Assembly: GCA_951406725.2 (NCBI GenBank)
Contig: OX597816.1
Coordinates: 134,168,001-134,232,000, forward strand
Source of the DNA: Octopus vulgaris
Taxonomy: Eukaryota
Direction of reading: 5' to 3'
Length of the DNA stretch: 64,000 nucleotides
The notes under the pieces are model-generated. The model had not been told where the DNA came from. It searched no databases and worked only from the letters and a program-made list of their open reading frames with translations. Each line of letters begins with the position of its first letter. Position 1 is the stretch's first letter. Below are positions 52,409 to 64,000 of the stretch, in pieces. A program made the translations under genes and the position numbers.

Positions 52409-55377
52409 GTAAGTTGAATATTTTTGTATTTTCTTCTAGAGAAAACTCAAATTGCAAAGACATATTGAAATTTATCTTTCAATTAAATGATGAAGTCATT
52501 TTCAACAAAAATCTTTATAAATTATTTTGGAAAAAAAAAACAAAAAAAGAAACAGGATACCAGGAATTGAAAAATAAAACAATATTAAAGCAAACAACCC
52601 ATATCTCAAAAAATTGAATATACTTAATATAAAGAATGCTATTTGATATCTTAATATAAAGAATGATATTTGAAGAATTACAACAAATATCCAGACAAGA
52701 GAAGAAATGAAAAATTCTACAAATTAGTAGTAATCATAATAACAAAAGACTTGATGATAACAACAAAATCTTCTTTGAAAACCAGTTTAGGTGCATCTAA
52801 AAAATTCTAAAGTGAAAAATTTGCTTTTTTAATATTTACTGACTATATCATGATAAAATATCTTTTGTCTGCTTTTAATGATACTAAATTCCCATTGATT
52901 TTCTGAAAGCCACAAAAATATATCCCTCTCTTCAAATATTGCTGCTGGAACAGATAATGTAATATTATTCCATTAAATGAATATTTTTGTGATAAGAATT
53001 ATTTATGCTGTAGATCAGTGGATGCAATGGAAATGTTTAAAAGGTGTAAGCTAAGTTTTCATCTGTTCAATTATTTAAATAAAAAAAGTATTCCCTTGCC
53101 AATTCTCCAAATATAACTTTATAATAAAAGTATTTCTTTCCACCCACAAAGTTGTAAGAGAGGCAGTGGCTGACAGCTTCAAGCATATATTTAGTATATG
53201 TCCACCAACAGTGCATATCCAAACTAGACTGAAATTGCGTATATTTAATACTGATCATGTTAAAGATTTGATAAACTTTCTCCTAAAGTCTAAAATAAAA
53301 TGTAAGAAAAATTTGTATTAAGTAAGCTATATCAATTCTGATGTTCCCTAAGCATTAATATCTGATACTGTCATAAGGCGTCAAATTAGGGTATGGGTAT
53401 AGTCAATTAAACAGACCCCAATACTTCCCTAGAAGGACAAAAGGCACATTTGACTTCTGCAGGATTTGAATTCAGGAAGAAAAGGACTCACCTAAACATC
53501 AACTTTCTTTTCTCTATAATTTCACCCCTCCATTTTTCATACTCATGTAGAAGAGATAGTCATGAAAATTTAGTTATTTTCTTGTGAAATGTTGTTACAA
53601 TGATGTTGTGGGAAGTCATATAAAAATTTTATAAAGGATTTAAACATTGCTCAAATGTAATGAAAGATCTGGTAAATCAATTGGAGAAAAATGACTGACC
53701 AAGTAGTTGTTAATCTGTAGAGTTGCTGTGATGCTTTATAACAATAACCTCTGCTGTACTACTCAATAATGCGTTTTTCCAAGAGTCCTGTATTCTCTCC
53801 TCATATCAAATCTGAATGCCAAGTGAGCTACAAATTATCTCATTAAGCTCAAAATATCAGATGAGATTGGTCATTAAATGTGTATTAATTTTGCAAAGTT
53901 ATATGCTCTATTTAATATGTGAGGAAGTGAAACTTATTTCAAAAGAAAGACTGAAACAGGCCTCCCACTACACATTAAAATCACAGCAGTGTAGTATATA
54001 TTGTTAATATAAAAGCATAGTTTGCTTCATTATCTAGTTGTGCAGATTACTGTAAAATGCATGTCATTAAAGTGTATTATACTCACAAAAGAGAAAAAGA
54101 AATTGTCTGTGTATGCAATACTTACATAGATTATTTACAAACTGATCAATATTTATATATTGATCTCAAGAATATTTGTGAATAATTAAACATTTTCAAG
54201 TGTAAGATAAATAAACTTGCTGATTTCTTACCTATAGTAACAGATTCAGTTTTGTTTGTACCCAATTTGCTAGAAAAATTAATATTTCATTCACATCCAG
54301 TTCATGAGCCAGTGTTATACAAACAAAGAGTGAACTGATTTTAGAAAAGAAACTAGTTATTCAGTGGCTGGTTTCATAACCAGTTTACATCAAATGTAAT
54401 TCTAATCCTTGTAAATTAGGATTAGTATGTGTATGAACAAGTTGGCAAATATTTTATGTGAGATTTAAAAACCAAACATACACATAGACAAATTAAAGTA
54501 TTTAGTTATCATTATGGTATTATCTAGTCACCAGTTTCTTGCGTAACAACCTTGCTTTATGTACATAAACAATAATGCGATGGTTCAATAAATAAGATAT
54601 TAGGCATGTAAAATATAGATCATTACATTGTAATTCTAACAGATTTCACTGTTGTAGTATATAACAATGATGTTCTATTTCCATAAAACATTTTTGTTGA
54701 TTGCTAACTTATCCTTTTAGGGTGAATTGAGGAATCCTTATGCATGCACAAGCACACAAACATGCCTATATATTATCTACATGTGTTTGTGTGTGACTCC
54801 TATATCTCCCACCATGTGCATCCCCATCCTTGTTTATCAATCACTACATTAACTTTTACCTCCACCTCTTTACTCCCCATCACGCTCCTACAAAAGCATC
54901 CATATACCCTCTCACCCCCTCTCATGACCCACTGTCTGTATACTCTCTAATGTTCACCTTCTTGCTCCTTGAAAGTTTACTCTAGAACCCAGTCACTAAC
55001 TTCTGTTTATCTCCTTCAGTTATTGATCTCTTCTATCATATTTTAGCTTTTCAATACCTGGCATAAAAGCCCCCACAACCCCACCTTCCCCTCCCAAATA
55101 CTTCCTTTTATTAGTGAGATCTTTTGCCGTTTCCTTTTCCTCTGCTCTTATCTGCCTTGTAAGTTACATGGCAACCTCACTAGTGCCAATGACATGAAAG
55201 ACAAGCACCTAGTATACTCTGTAAAGTGGTTGCTGTCAGGAAGGGCATCAAACCATAGAAACCATCCATGCCAAAGACAATGCTGGAGCTCAACACAACC
55301 CTGCAGCTCACTGGTTCTCTGTTAAACCATCCAAACCATGCAAGCATGGAAAAGGGAAGGATAAAATGATCATTATA

Positions 55378-56259
55378 TGAAGCGATATCAAAAAGTTCCC
55401 AGACTAGTTCTGTAGCACGCCAACAGATGGCAGCACATGGTTGCATGCACAGTGAGTGCTAGTAGTGTCCTTAATAAGGCAGTGTACTGAGGGACACCAT
55501 GGTGTTTACTTTGCAAATTGTGAAATTTGTGTTTTTGTGATGTTGTGTATGCTGTGGTCTGTGATTTTGTCATAGACAGGAACAAAGAGCCAACTTGGGA
55601 AGTCTGCTACAGAGACATTGAGCTTGCTTCAACAAGCTTCTAACAATGAGGCACTGAGTTGTACGCAATGTTTTGAGTGGCTTGAGTGCTTTAAAAGTGG
55701 GAGAATGTCCCTGAAAGACCATGAGCAATCGGGAAGAACTGCCATGAGCATCACTCCCAAAAATGTGGTATTGTGCCTTGAGAATTTGTCGCCCAAGACT
55801 TGGCTAACAATAAAGAATTCTACTGTGTTGTTTTGAAGTGTTTGCAGGAGGACATTCAGCAAAAGGGACCATATCTGTGGAGTGCAAAGAATTGGATTCT
55901 TCACCGAGCTCTCCTCACTTATGAGTTTCTATCCAAAAACAACATGGTATCACTTCTGCACCCACTCTATTTGCCAGATTTAGCACCAGCAGACTTCCAT
56001 CTCTTCCTCAAAATGAAAATGCAGCTCAAAGATTGCCGTTTTAATGCTGTTGTCAAGATCCAGAGTGAATCACATAAAGTCTTCAACTCGCTTACAGAAA
56101 ACAACTTCCAGGCTGGATTCCAAAAGTGGCAGGAATACTGGGACCGGTGTATTTCTGTGAAGGAGTATTTCTGTACAAAGGAAATGATGTTAAAACTTAG
56201 CTAAATAAGTTGTTTTTTATTAAAAATAACTAGTCTGGGAACCTTTTGATACCATCTCG
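55378..56259 (+). mobile_element. Internally deleted mariner (irritans-like), inactive
   Basis: TA-flanked TIRs TGAAGCGATATCAAAAAGTTCCCAGACTAGTT / reverse complement CGAGATGGTATCAAAAGGTTCCCAGACTAGTT. HTH part (CFEWLECFKSGRMSLKDHEQSGR) is joined to the catalytic C-terminus (WILH..HPLYLPDLAPADFHLFLKMK); the middle is missing. Confidence 0.92.
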
Positions 56260-56568
56260 TATATATATATATATACACATATCAACAGCATCAACATTTT
56301 AATATCAACTTTTCTATATGCTTGGGTGAGATAGAGTTTAGTGAGGAAGATTTTCTATACCTACATGCCCTTCCTGTTGCACTCTTCACCTGTTTCTAAG
56401 CAAGGTACTACTTTCCCATGGTGAGACATGTTTTTGCAGAATACTGGAAATGAATGACATTGGTTGTATGATAGTAAAACTCATTTACAACTGTCATGTG
56501 ATGTCAACACAAGGAGACACAAACACACACATATATACTACATACACACATACATACATATATATATA

Positions 56569-57428
56569 TTGGGCTGGCAACTAAATTTCCACTGTTGTTT
56601 TTTTATTTAAATTTTTTAAAAGGTTTAATAAATAATAACAACTAATTAATCAATAATGTATTCACTCTTGTAGTTTGCAACTTCTTTCCAACATTCAACA
56701 AGATTTTCAATACGTCATTGGTAGAAATCACCCGATTTCGACTCGAAAAATTGATCCAACCAAGCTCTCAATTCTGCATCATTATTGAATGAAACTCCGT
56801 GCATAGCATTTGAAAGAGATCGAAAGAGGTGGAAATCCATTGGCGCCAAATCAGGAGAGTACAGCAGGTCTGGTAGCACTGCCCATCCATGTATTTAAAT
56901 GGCTTCCTTGGTCATATTGGCGAGATGAGGGCAGCTGTTGTCATGCAGCAGAACTCCATGCTGCCGATTATGTCATTCCTCTTGAATAGCTGTGTTGAGT
57001 CGTTCCATCTGTTGAACATAGAGTTCCACATTGACTGTTTGGTTCCATTCAAGCACTTCGTAATGGATAATCCATTCCTAGTCCTACCATATGCACAACA
57101 TCGTTTTACACAGATGAAGATCTTGTTTCACGCTCATTATCACTTGTTTACTGGGGCTTAGCCATTCCTTACACTGCTTCATATTGATGTACAGGCACCA
57201 TTTTTCGTTGCCAGTAATGATTCGGTAAAGAAATTGGTAAAGAAATGTGTCCATGAGTTGAGTGGTGATGAGCAAGCAAACCAGCGGAGATTGTGGCTCA
57301 TTGATTTTTGTTGTTGTCACTTAAAACATGTGAAACCCATGCTCCATACTTCTGAACCTTTCCCACCGAGTGAAGATGCTTCTCTATAGCAGTGTGGGAG
57401 CATTCCATTTTCTCTGCCAGTTCCTTTC
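56569..57428 (-). mobile_element. 5'-truncated mariner (third lineage), inactive
   Basis: TIR TTGGGCTGGCAACTAA next to a TA repeat. Minus-strand translation: WVSHVLS, RIITGNEKWCLY, KTMLCIW, LLHDNSCPH, YSPDLAPMDFHLFRSLSN, ending EYIID*. Confidence 0.92.
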
Positions 57429-57889
57429 TTCTTCTCAGCTACTCCCACTCACCCTTATATAATGTGAAGTAACCATATATCTTCACTATAACAAGACACC
57501 CAAATCTTATCACTTCTATCATGCTTCAACCCCACAACACCTAATATAATGTTACTTCTCCTCCCTCTTAAGTACTCCCCACTTCATTTAGCTGATGGGG
57601 TGGGGTGGGGGGCTTTTTCCTTTTCTTGTTCTTCTGCTATCTTGCAAGTAACTTGGTGACCTCACAAGTGTTGGCTGTACGAAATAAAGCAACCAGTATG
57701 CACTGTAATGGGGTTGGTGTTAGGAAGGGTATCCAACCATAGAAATCAAATGAACTGGAGCCCAATGTAGCTTTGCAGTTTACTGGATCCTGTCAGACCA
57801 TCCAACCATTGCTAGCATGCATATTAATTGATAAAAATGATGATGATAATGATGACGATGATGATGATATATATATATATATACATATA

Positions 57890-58086
57890 AAGTTAATCCA
57901 AACAAGAAAGCACAAAAAAACACAACAACGCGAGGACGTGGAACAAATATAGTATTATTGGATGCTCAGGAAAGAAGGAAAGAAGGAAAGAAGGAGGGTT
58001 TAACGTTTCGAGCGGAGCTCTTCGTCGGAAACATAGGAGAAGGAAAGATCCAGAGAAGGTAAGACAGAGGAAAAAAAATCGCCAAT
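57890..58086 (-). mobile_element. Penelope-like element terminal remnant with minimal hammerhead-like motif
   Basis: CpG-intact repeat between (TA)n runs. Minus strand reads GTTT-CCGACGAA-GAGCTCCGCTC-GAAACGTT-AAAC. Confidence 0.65.
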
Positions 58087-58731
58087 ACATGTGTGTATAT
58101 ATCTCATATTTTTCCACCCTTATATAAATGTAGGGTAGCTATGTATATTCTCTAAACCAAGATACTTTGTTTATGGCATAAAATCACCTCTCCTTTCAAA
58201 TACCACCACCACCACCATATTTGGTTGTGACGGCTTTTCTCTTTTCTAATTCTTTCCTGTCTTGCAAGTTACTTGGCAATCCCCAACTAACATCCAGTAC
58301 ATACTGTAAAGCGGTTGCTGTTAGGCAGGTACCCAGCTGTAAAAACTATGCCAAAGCTAACATAGAGCATGATGCAGCCCTCTATCTCACCAGATCCTGT
58401 CAAACTGATCAAACCATGCCAGCATGGAAAACAGATGTAGAACAATTATCATGATGATATATATATATTCAAGTCTGTGACAAAACATTTCATCATGGGC
58501 ATCACTTCAGGAAAAGAAAAATATTCTTTGTTGGTGTCAAACAAAATAAATTTAATTCCAGTGGCAAAAGTAAATGATATGTTTTAAACTAAAAGATCAT
58601 CATATTAGCATGATTACTTGTTTTTTTTTTTTTCTGCCCAGCTTTGTTTTTGTGGGTTTTTTTGTTTGTTCATTTTTTTGCTTTTTTATTTTCAAATTTC
58701 TATCATGTATTTCACCTAAGTATTTTTTTAA

Positions 58732-58952
58732 CCCTTTAGTGTTCACATTATTCTGCCAAAATTAATCCTTTTTTATCCACATTGTTTTGAACTAATCATG
58801 CATTATCTTGTAGTTATGAGATTTTGATGAGGAAGCTGTTAATTTTTAAAACGATATTGTAGGGTTGGTGTGAGAGACCAGATATGGCCAGTTTGAACAT
58901 AAAACAAGCAGAATACTTTTGGCCGGATATGGCCGGTTTAAATGCTAAAGGG
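58732..58952 (+). mobile_element. TTAA-flanked piggyBac-type MITE (family D), best-preserved copy
   Basis: TTAA|CCCTTTAG...GCTAAAGGG|TTAA. Confidence 0.92.
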
Positions 58953-58963
58953 TTAAACATAAG

Positions 58964-59305
58964 TGCAGGTATGGATGTGTTATAAGATGTTTGCTTCTCA
59001 ACTACATGGTCTTGGATTCATTCCCACTGTGTCCTCTATCATAGCCTCAAGCTGACCAAAGACTTGTGAGTGGATTTAGTAGACAGAAACTGCAAGAAGC
59101 CTGTCACATGTGTGTGTGTGTGTTCCCCACTGCCACTTGACAACTGGTGTTGGTGTGTTTACATCTCTGTAACTTAGCAAAAGAAACTGATAGAATAAGT
59201 ATCATGCTTTACAAAGAAATAATAAATGCTGTAACTGATTTGTTTGACTAAAATTCTTCAAGGTGGTGCCTTGCATGGCTGCAGTCTAATGAGTGAAAAA
59301 GGAAA
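58964..59305 (+). mobile_element. SINE family A
   Basis: Degenerate head plus GACTTGTGAGTGGATTTAGTAGACAGAAACTG..GCATGGCTGCAGTC. Confidence 0.82.
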
Positions 59306-61867
59306 TAAATAATCATATATATACATATACACATTCTTGGTGGTCTGACCCCCATCACCTGCTTGTCATTCCATTTTGGCTCTGTCTTAACATTCCACTC
59401 ACTTCCTAAGACTATTTTTCAGAGTGTAGTGACAGAAGTTATGGATATAATACAGAATACCAGAAATTGAAGAGGTGTACATAGTAGTTTTGCATATTGT
59501 AAGTTTAGCATAGGGAAGTTACTTAAGCATTTCTCAAGGATAGTATTAGTTTTCACAAAAAAATTTCTTCTCTTAACTGGTCTACACATAAACAACAACA
59601 ACAAAACCAAAAATGAGCATAGGGAACAGGCCCTCTAAAATATACATAGTAATAAAAATCTGTTAGTGGTAATAGATTAGCTGCTGTTAAATGTTTAATG
59701 TATTGTGCCTTGCTCTGGTTTTGTTTGATAGTTGTGGCATGCTCATGTTTGATAGTTGTTAGCTCCTCATTTCATAAGACTTCTATTTTTTGGAGAAAGG
59801 AGATATTTTGAATGGTTCGCCTTGATTATCTTACAGGCCAATATAACCAGGGTCAGATTGAGACTTAGATGGAGTTTTGGACCAATAGGTTATGGGTACC
59901 CTTACAATTTTGCTAATTCAAAATATAAGATAATAATGGGAGCCCCTTATAACTAGAAGCCTCAAGCAGTTTGAAAAGGCCCCAAAACTTAAAAGAACCT
60001 CAGCATATTAAGAGGAACTCAGTTAAATTTAATGGCTTTTTAAATTGAATACGGCCCAATTATTTTAAAAACACTCTATTGGATTAAAAAATTCAAAAAG
60101 TAAAGCAAAATTACAAATTATTTGATTGCTATACATATAAAAAAAAATTTAACTCCAGGCTTTAGGTTTCTCTGAGTTAAAGGGGTCCCCAATGCTTGGG
60201 ATTTCCCAAGCTTCAGGGCCCCAGGGCCATGGCCCATATTGACCAATACATAAATCCACTGCTGAATCAGAGAAGTAGAGAGAATTAACTCAGTACTTAA
60301 TAGGAACATTATTGGCCTAGGATGGATGAAAGACAATGCTGACCTCGTTGAAATATGAAATCTGAATGGAAAAGCAGTAATAAATTTCACAAGCTACCCT
60401 CACTGAAGTTGGATTTTCTCTGTTTTCACTGAAAACTTCTTTTTTTGGTTTGTTTTGCACCACACACTTCAAGATGATGTGAGGGAGGGAAACCTTTCTA
60501 AAAAAATTTTTTAATCCATAATTTGTAAACGTTGCCTTCACCTTTCTTGTTTTCTACCTTGTACTTTCATGCCAGCTGCCATTAAAATTTTAGCAGACAT
60601 CAGAGTTAGCCTGTTGGTGCTTCCTAGTTTTTTCCATGTAATCCAAATTTTTAAAGGAAAAACAGCTTTTAATTCATGTTTTTAAACGTTCCCCCCACCC
60701 TGACCAAAAAAAAAAAAAGCAGCAACCACCACTAAATTCTACATTTTGAAACACTTGGAATTCATATTTAAAACAAAACAAAAATTCTTATCACCACTAC
60801 TCCACTGTATCTACCACAAGTTGATGTGCGAAAAATGAAATTAGAATTTTGAAAGAAGTATCTATAAAACGATAATTCTAGTCATTTAAAATGTAGAAAA
60901 TATCTTTAATTGAAGAAAAAAGTATAATGGGATCTAAAATATCTCAGCAGCACCTTGCCATAAATAAAACTTCATATATATTTCTGTTTGTCTTTGTCTT
61001 GTGTTGGACATAAAAAAATGGTTTGTAGTATTAAATTTCATGGAAATTATGTCAGTAAGGTAGGTATTAATATAGTCTTTTTCTCTTAATTCAATTTTTA
61101 CATTAAAAAAAAAATGTTTTTACAATATGGCAAAGAAAATATAAAAAGAAAATAATGAAACAAAACAAAAAATTTTAATCAAGAAAGGTACAATGGAGGA
61201 AGAGATTCAAATTTTTTTTTTTTTTAATGTTTTCCTCTAAAAAAATTGGACTACATGTGTTTCAGAATAAGAAAAAAATTTTTTTTTTTAATGGTGATGA
61301 TTGTCGTTAAGGTATGATGGGAGGAAGAATATGAAGGTAACGTTTAAAAAATTATGGATAAAATGTATTTTGTTTTAGGAAAGCCCAACCCCTCTCCCCA
61401 TCATTTTTAAGTGCATAGTGCAAAACAAAATCTATAAATAGATTATGAAAATCCTGGCAAAAACGGAGAAAATCAAACATATGCAGGACAACTATTCCGA
61501 AACTCAATCTATAATCTTTTAAATGTTGCTGTCTTCTCCATTCCCTTGTACCTTACCGTGCTAAGGAAAGGATCTCCAAGATGGAAATCAAGTAACAACA
61601 CAGTGTGTTTCGTGACACCCAACATACTGACATATGAAGGCGAGTACTTTTTTTTGGCTTTTGCTGACAGCCTACAATCACATAGTTAGTATGGATCCTA
61701 TAAGCTATGCCACTTTCACCACCCTTCTTTTCTAAAATATACTTGAAAATGATTCCCCACTCTCTGTCCTCTATTCCTCCTCAAGTGGGCTGAGAATAGG
61801 GCTCGCAAAAAACCGATAATTCCCAAAACCGAGTTCAAGTATAAGTAATTCTCAAAACCGGTTTTCG

Positions 61868-62099
61868 CGGGTACTACTTAAGAAGAGTGGTCCCGGTGCG
61901 CGCACTCGCGCATCCGCGCTAGCTAGTCGTGACTAGTCGATCCTTACTTTGTGTTTTATTTACTTTGTGTAAAAAAATTATTTATTTTGTGTTTTATTTA
62001 CTTTGCTAGGTAGTTGTTGTAGGATCAACTAGTCACAACTAGCGGGTGCTCGAGTACGCGAGTGCACGCACTGGGATCATTCTTCTTAAATAGTACCCG
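61868..62099. repeat. GC-rich ~80-bp imperfect inverted repeat (hairpin/MITE) inside the hAT
   Basis: CGGGTACTACTTAAGAAGAGTGGTCCCGGTGCGCGCACTCGCG..GACTAGTCGATCCT versus reverse complement CGGGTACTATTTAAGAAGAATGATCCCAGTGCGTGCACTCGCG..GACTAGTTGATCCT; AT-rich loop. Confidence 0.9.
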
Positions 62100-62960
62100 A
62101 ATTCTTTAGAGATTTCAAATCCATCTGTTACCATCTTGGGCTCTTCATTCATTTTCTTCATTGCGCTTGTGTATTCACGAATGAATTCATTACCTTCGTA
62201 AGTAGATGGGACAACAGTAACACTTGTTTTTAGGTTCCCTCCTATTTCATTTTCTTTGTGTAATTCTGTTGTGTTCTCAGCATCATGTTCAGGAAATAAT
62301 CTATATGTTTGTTCAGCATACTTCCTTAAATGTTGTTTCGTTAAAAAATAGTAAAGGTCCAGAAATTGACTCACCTTTAAATTTCCTTGGGTTATGTAAA
62401 TACCTCAAGAGAGTTTCGACATTTCTTCTCTTATTATATCTATGCATAAGTCTTTCACGAAGATTTAGAGCCAAAGGATTGCCGACGATATTAAGTTTAT
62501 TCAATAAAAATTCTATAGAATATTCCGCTTTCAGTAAACCCGTATCATGAGCGCAAATAGCCTTCAAAATAATTTCTACTGAATGCAGAATTTCATTTAG
62601 TAAATTGAGAGATTTCCATTCTTCGTCAGCGACGGCATCTGTGGAAAGTTCTGCTCGTAGAGCATTTGGAATGCAGCTTTTCAATTTCAAAAATCTCTCT
62701 ATCATATGGAATGTGCTATTCCACCAAGTTCTGCAATCCCGTATAAGTTTATATTCTCTGTTATCAAAGTTCGCTCGTACAAAATCTTGCAAAATTTCAT
62801 TTATTGTAGGAGATTTACGGAAACGTTTTGAAATTATTTAAAACTTTGTTAAATTCAGGTTTTAGCTGGGGAAAACAAGCATTTTCGTAAGCCAAATCTG
62901 TTTGACAAACTATGTCTTGTTGGCTTATGTCAGCTTCATCATCACTATCGTCTGTTATGG
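62100..62960 (-). pseudogene. hAT transposase fragment (catalytic region), frameshifted
   Basis: ORF 62313-62792 contains LIRDCRTWWNSTFHMIERFLKLK (hAT DxxTRWNSTxxMLERF motif). It continues in ORF 62039-62374 to EISKEF; the C-terminal dimerization domain is absent. Confidence 0.88.
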
Positions 62961-63369
62961 CGATCACTATCGTCTGTTATAGCGATCTCTTCACTTTTTT
63001 TTTGTCAAAAAATTTAGTGTTACTTCCTTGAAATGAATCTGGAACTGGCTATTACATATGCTCAACGGGAAAGATCACTCGACTGAAGACTAACAGCATC
63101 CCCTTGACTTGCTATGAATAAACTCAGTTACCAGCAAATTCAAAGAGTCAGCCAGGGGTTAGCGAAGGAGATGACTAGGTGCTGATCTAAGGTTCAAGGG
63201 GAAAGAGGGTGAGAATTGATATGTTGCGACATGTTTTAATGAAACAGACAGCACTCTCAACTAAAGGTGACCGACAACAGTTCAGTTAGTTCAGTTTCAA
63301 CGATATTTCTTGAAAAGAAAAAAATGGAGAAATGTTTTGCAAAAAAAAAAAAAAAAGAAAAGAAACAGC

Positions 63370-63484
63370 GGATCTTTTCACTTTGACCGGCACATTTAAA
63401 AAATAGTTATTTGTAACTAAACACTTTTAAACTTCGTATACTGGTAATTTGTGTTACATAAAACTTCTATTATTGAAAAGATCC
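63370..63484. mobile_element. Merlin-like MITE nested in the hAT
   Basis: GAAACAGC|GGATCTTTTCA...TGAAAAGATCC|GAAACAGC: GG-starting TIRs and a perfect 8-bp TSD, as expected for Merlin. Confidence 0.82.
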
Positions 63485-63614
63485 GAAACAGCAAGCCTTA
63501 AAATCGGTTTTGGCAAATCGGTTTCGGTTTTACTGATCATAATATAAAACCGGCTTCGAGGCCTAGCTGAGAAGAAAAGTTCTGACTCGAAACTTTTCAA
63601 CTAAGTCCACTATA

Positions 63615-63700
63615 CAACTTTGGGAGTTTAGGGTTGGAGTTAAAGATTTAAGGTTAGAGTTAGGGCTTAAGGTTGAGGCCTGGGGTTAGTGTTTAGCATT
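63615..63700 (+). repeat. Degenerate TTAGGG-like repeat
   Basis: TTTAGGGTTGGAGTTAAAGATTTAAGGTTAGAGTTAGGGCTTAAGGTTGAGG..GGGGTTAG. Confidence 0.65.
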
Positions 63701-64000
63701 TGTCTAACCAGTGGATGACCTGGGGTTAATCAAATAGTAACATATTTTTTGTTAACATTTTTCAAAAATTTTTCTAGAACAAGTGAATAACAAAATCAGA
63801 TTCAGCAAGAAAATTTACATCAATATGCCATATTTGTGTGTGTGTGTGTGTGGGGGGGGCAATACATTACTTGTAACGAAAATTCAAAAACAAAAGTTCA
63901 GAGTTTGGGATACATAGTGATTGTAGTTTTAAGCAGACAACAGCTTGACTTGTTACTATGGAAACAGGCACCAATGTGGCTCTGGCTTACAATTGGTTAA

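Larger units (their letters stand above)
61797..63565 (-). mobile_element. hAT-superfamily DNA transposon, internally deleted, with perfect 8-bp TSD
   Basis: GCTGAGAA|TAGGGCTCG...CGAGGCCTA|GCTGAGAA, with subterminal AAACCG/CGGTTT repeats at both ends and a transposase remnant inside. Confidence 0.93.

Noticed and set aside
59840-60265. hAT-like MITE with GGGCCCC-rich ends
   Set aside because: Ends are suggestive but too decayed to define TIRs or a TSD.
63615-63700. True or interstitial telomere
   Set aside because: Short, highly degenerate, and attached to a hairpin element.

Overview
AT-rich, repeat-dense animal genomic DNA, not prokaryotic. The SINE/MITE repertoire resembles what I recall from Octopus (coleoid cephalopod) genomes; this is recalled similarity, not a database result. 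No host protein-coding gene can be called with confidence, and nearly all ORFs in the track are translations of microsatellites, SINEs or decayed transposons. The window contains: (i) decayed non-LTR retrotransposons of several clades: RTE-like with a PHD-type finger inside the RT (1-690), two R4/Dong-like RLE elements (~4.5-6.3 and 7.3-11.1 kb), Hero-like (~24 kb), a CR1 3' end (~31 kb), an APE-type LINE (39-43 kb) and an RTE 3' end (~50 kb); (ii) three mariner relics, one nested in an R4-like LINE; (iii) a hAT element with a perfect 8-bp TSD that carries a Merlin-like MITE and a GC-rich hairpin and is itself inserted in a hairpin/telomere-like repeat; (iv) many tRNA-derived SINEs and TTAA-flanked MITEs; (v) local duplications and mini/microsatellites. 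The best leads are hammerhead-ribozyme-like motifs (including a ~350-bp tandem retrozyme-like unit at 27.1-27.8 kb), a duplicated well-conserved non-coding block (22.4/28.2 kb), a frame-preserving 48/45-bp minisatellite, sharp CpG-rich/CpG-poor domains, and a speculative minus-strand spliced transcript starting near 61.6 kb. Coordinates of degenerate repeats are approximate.
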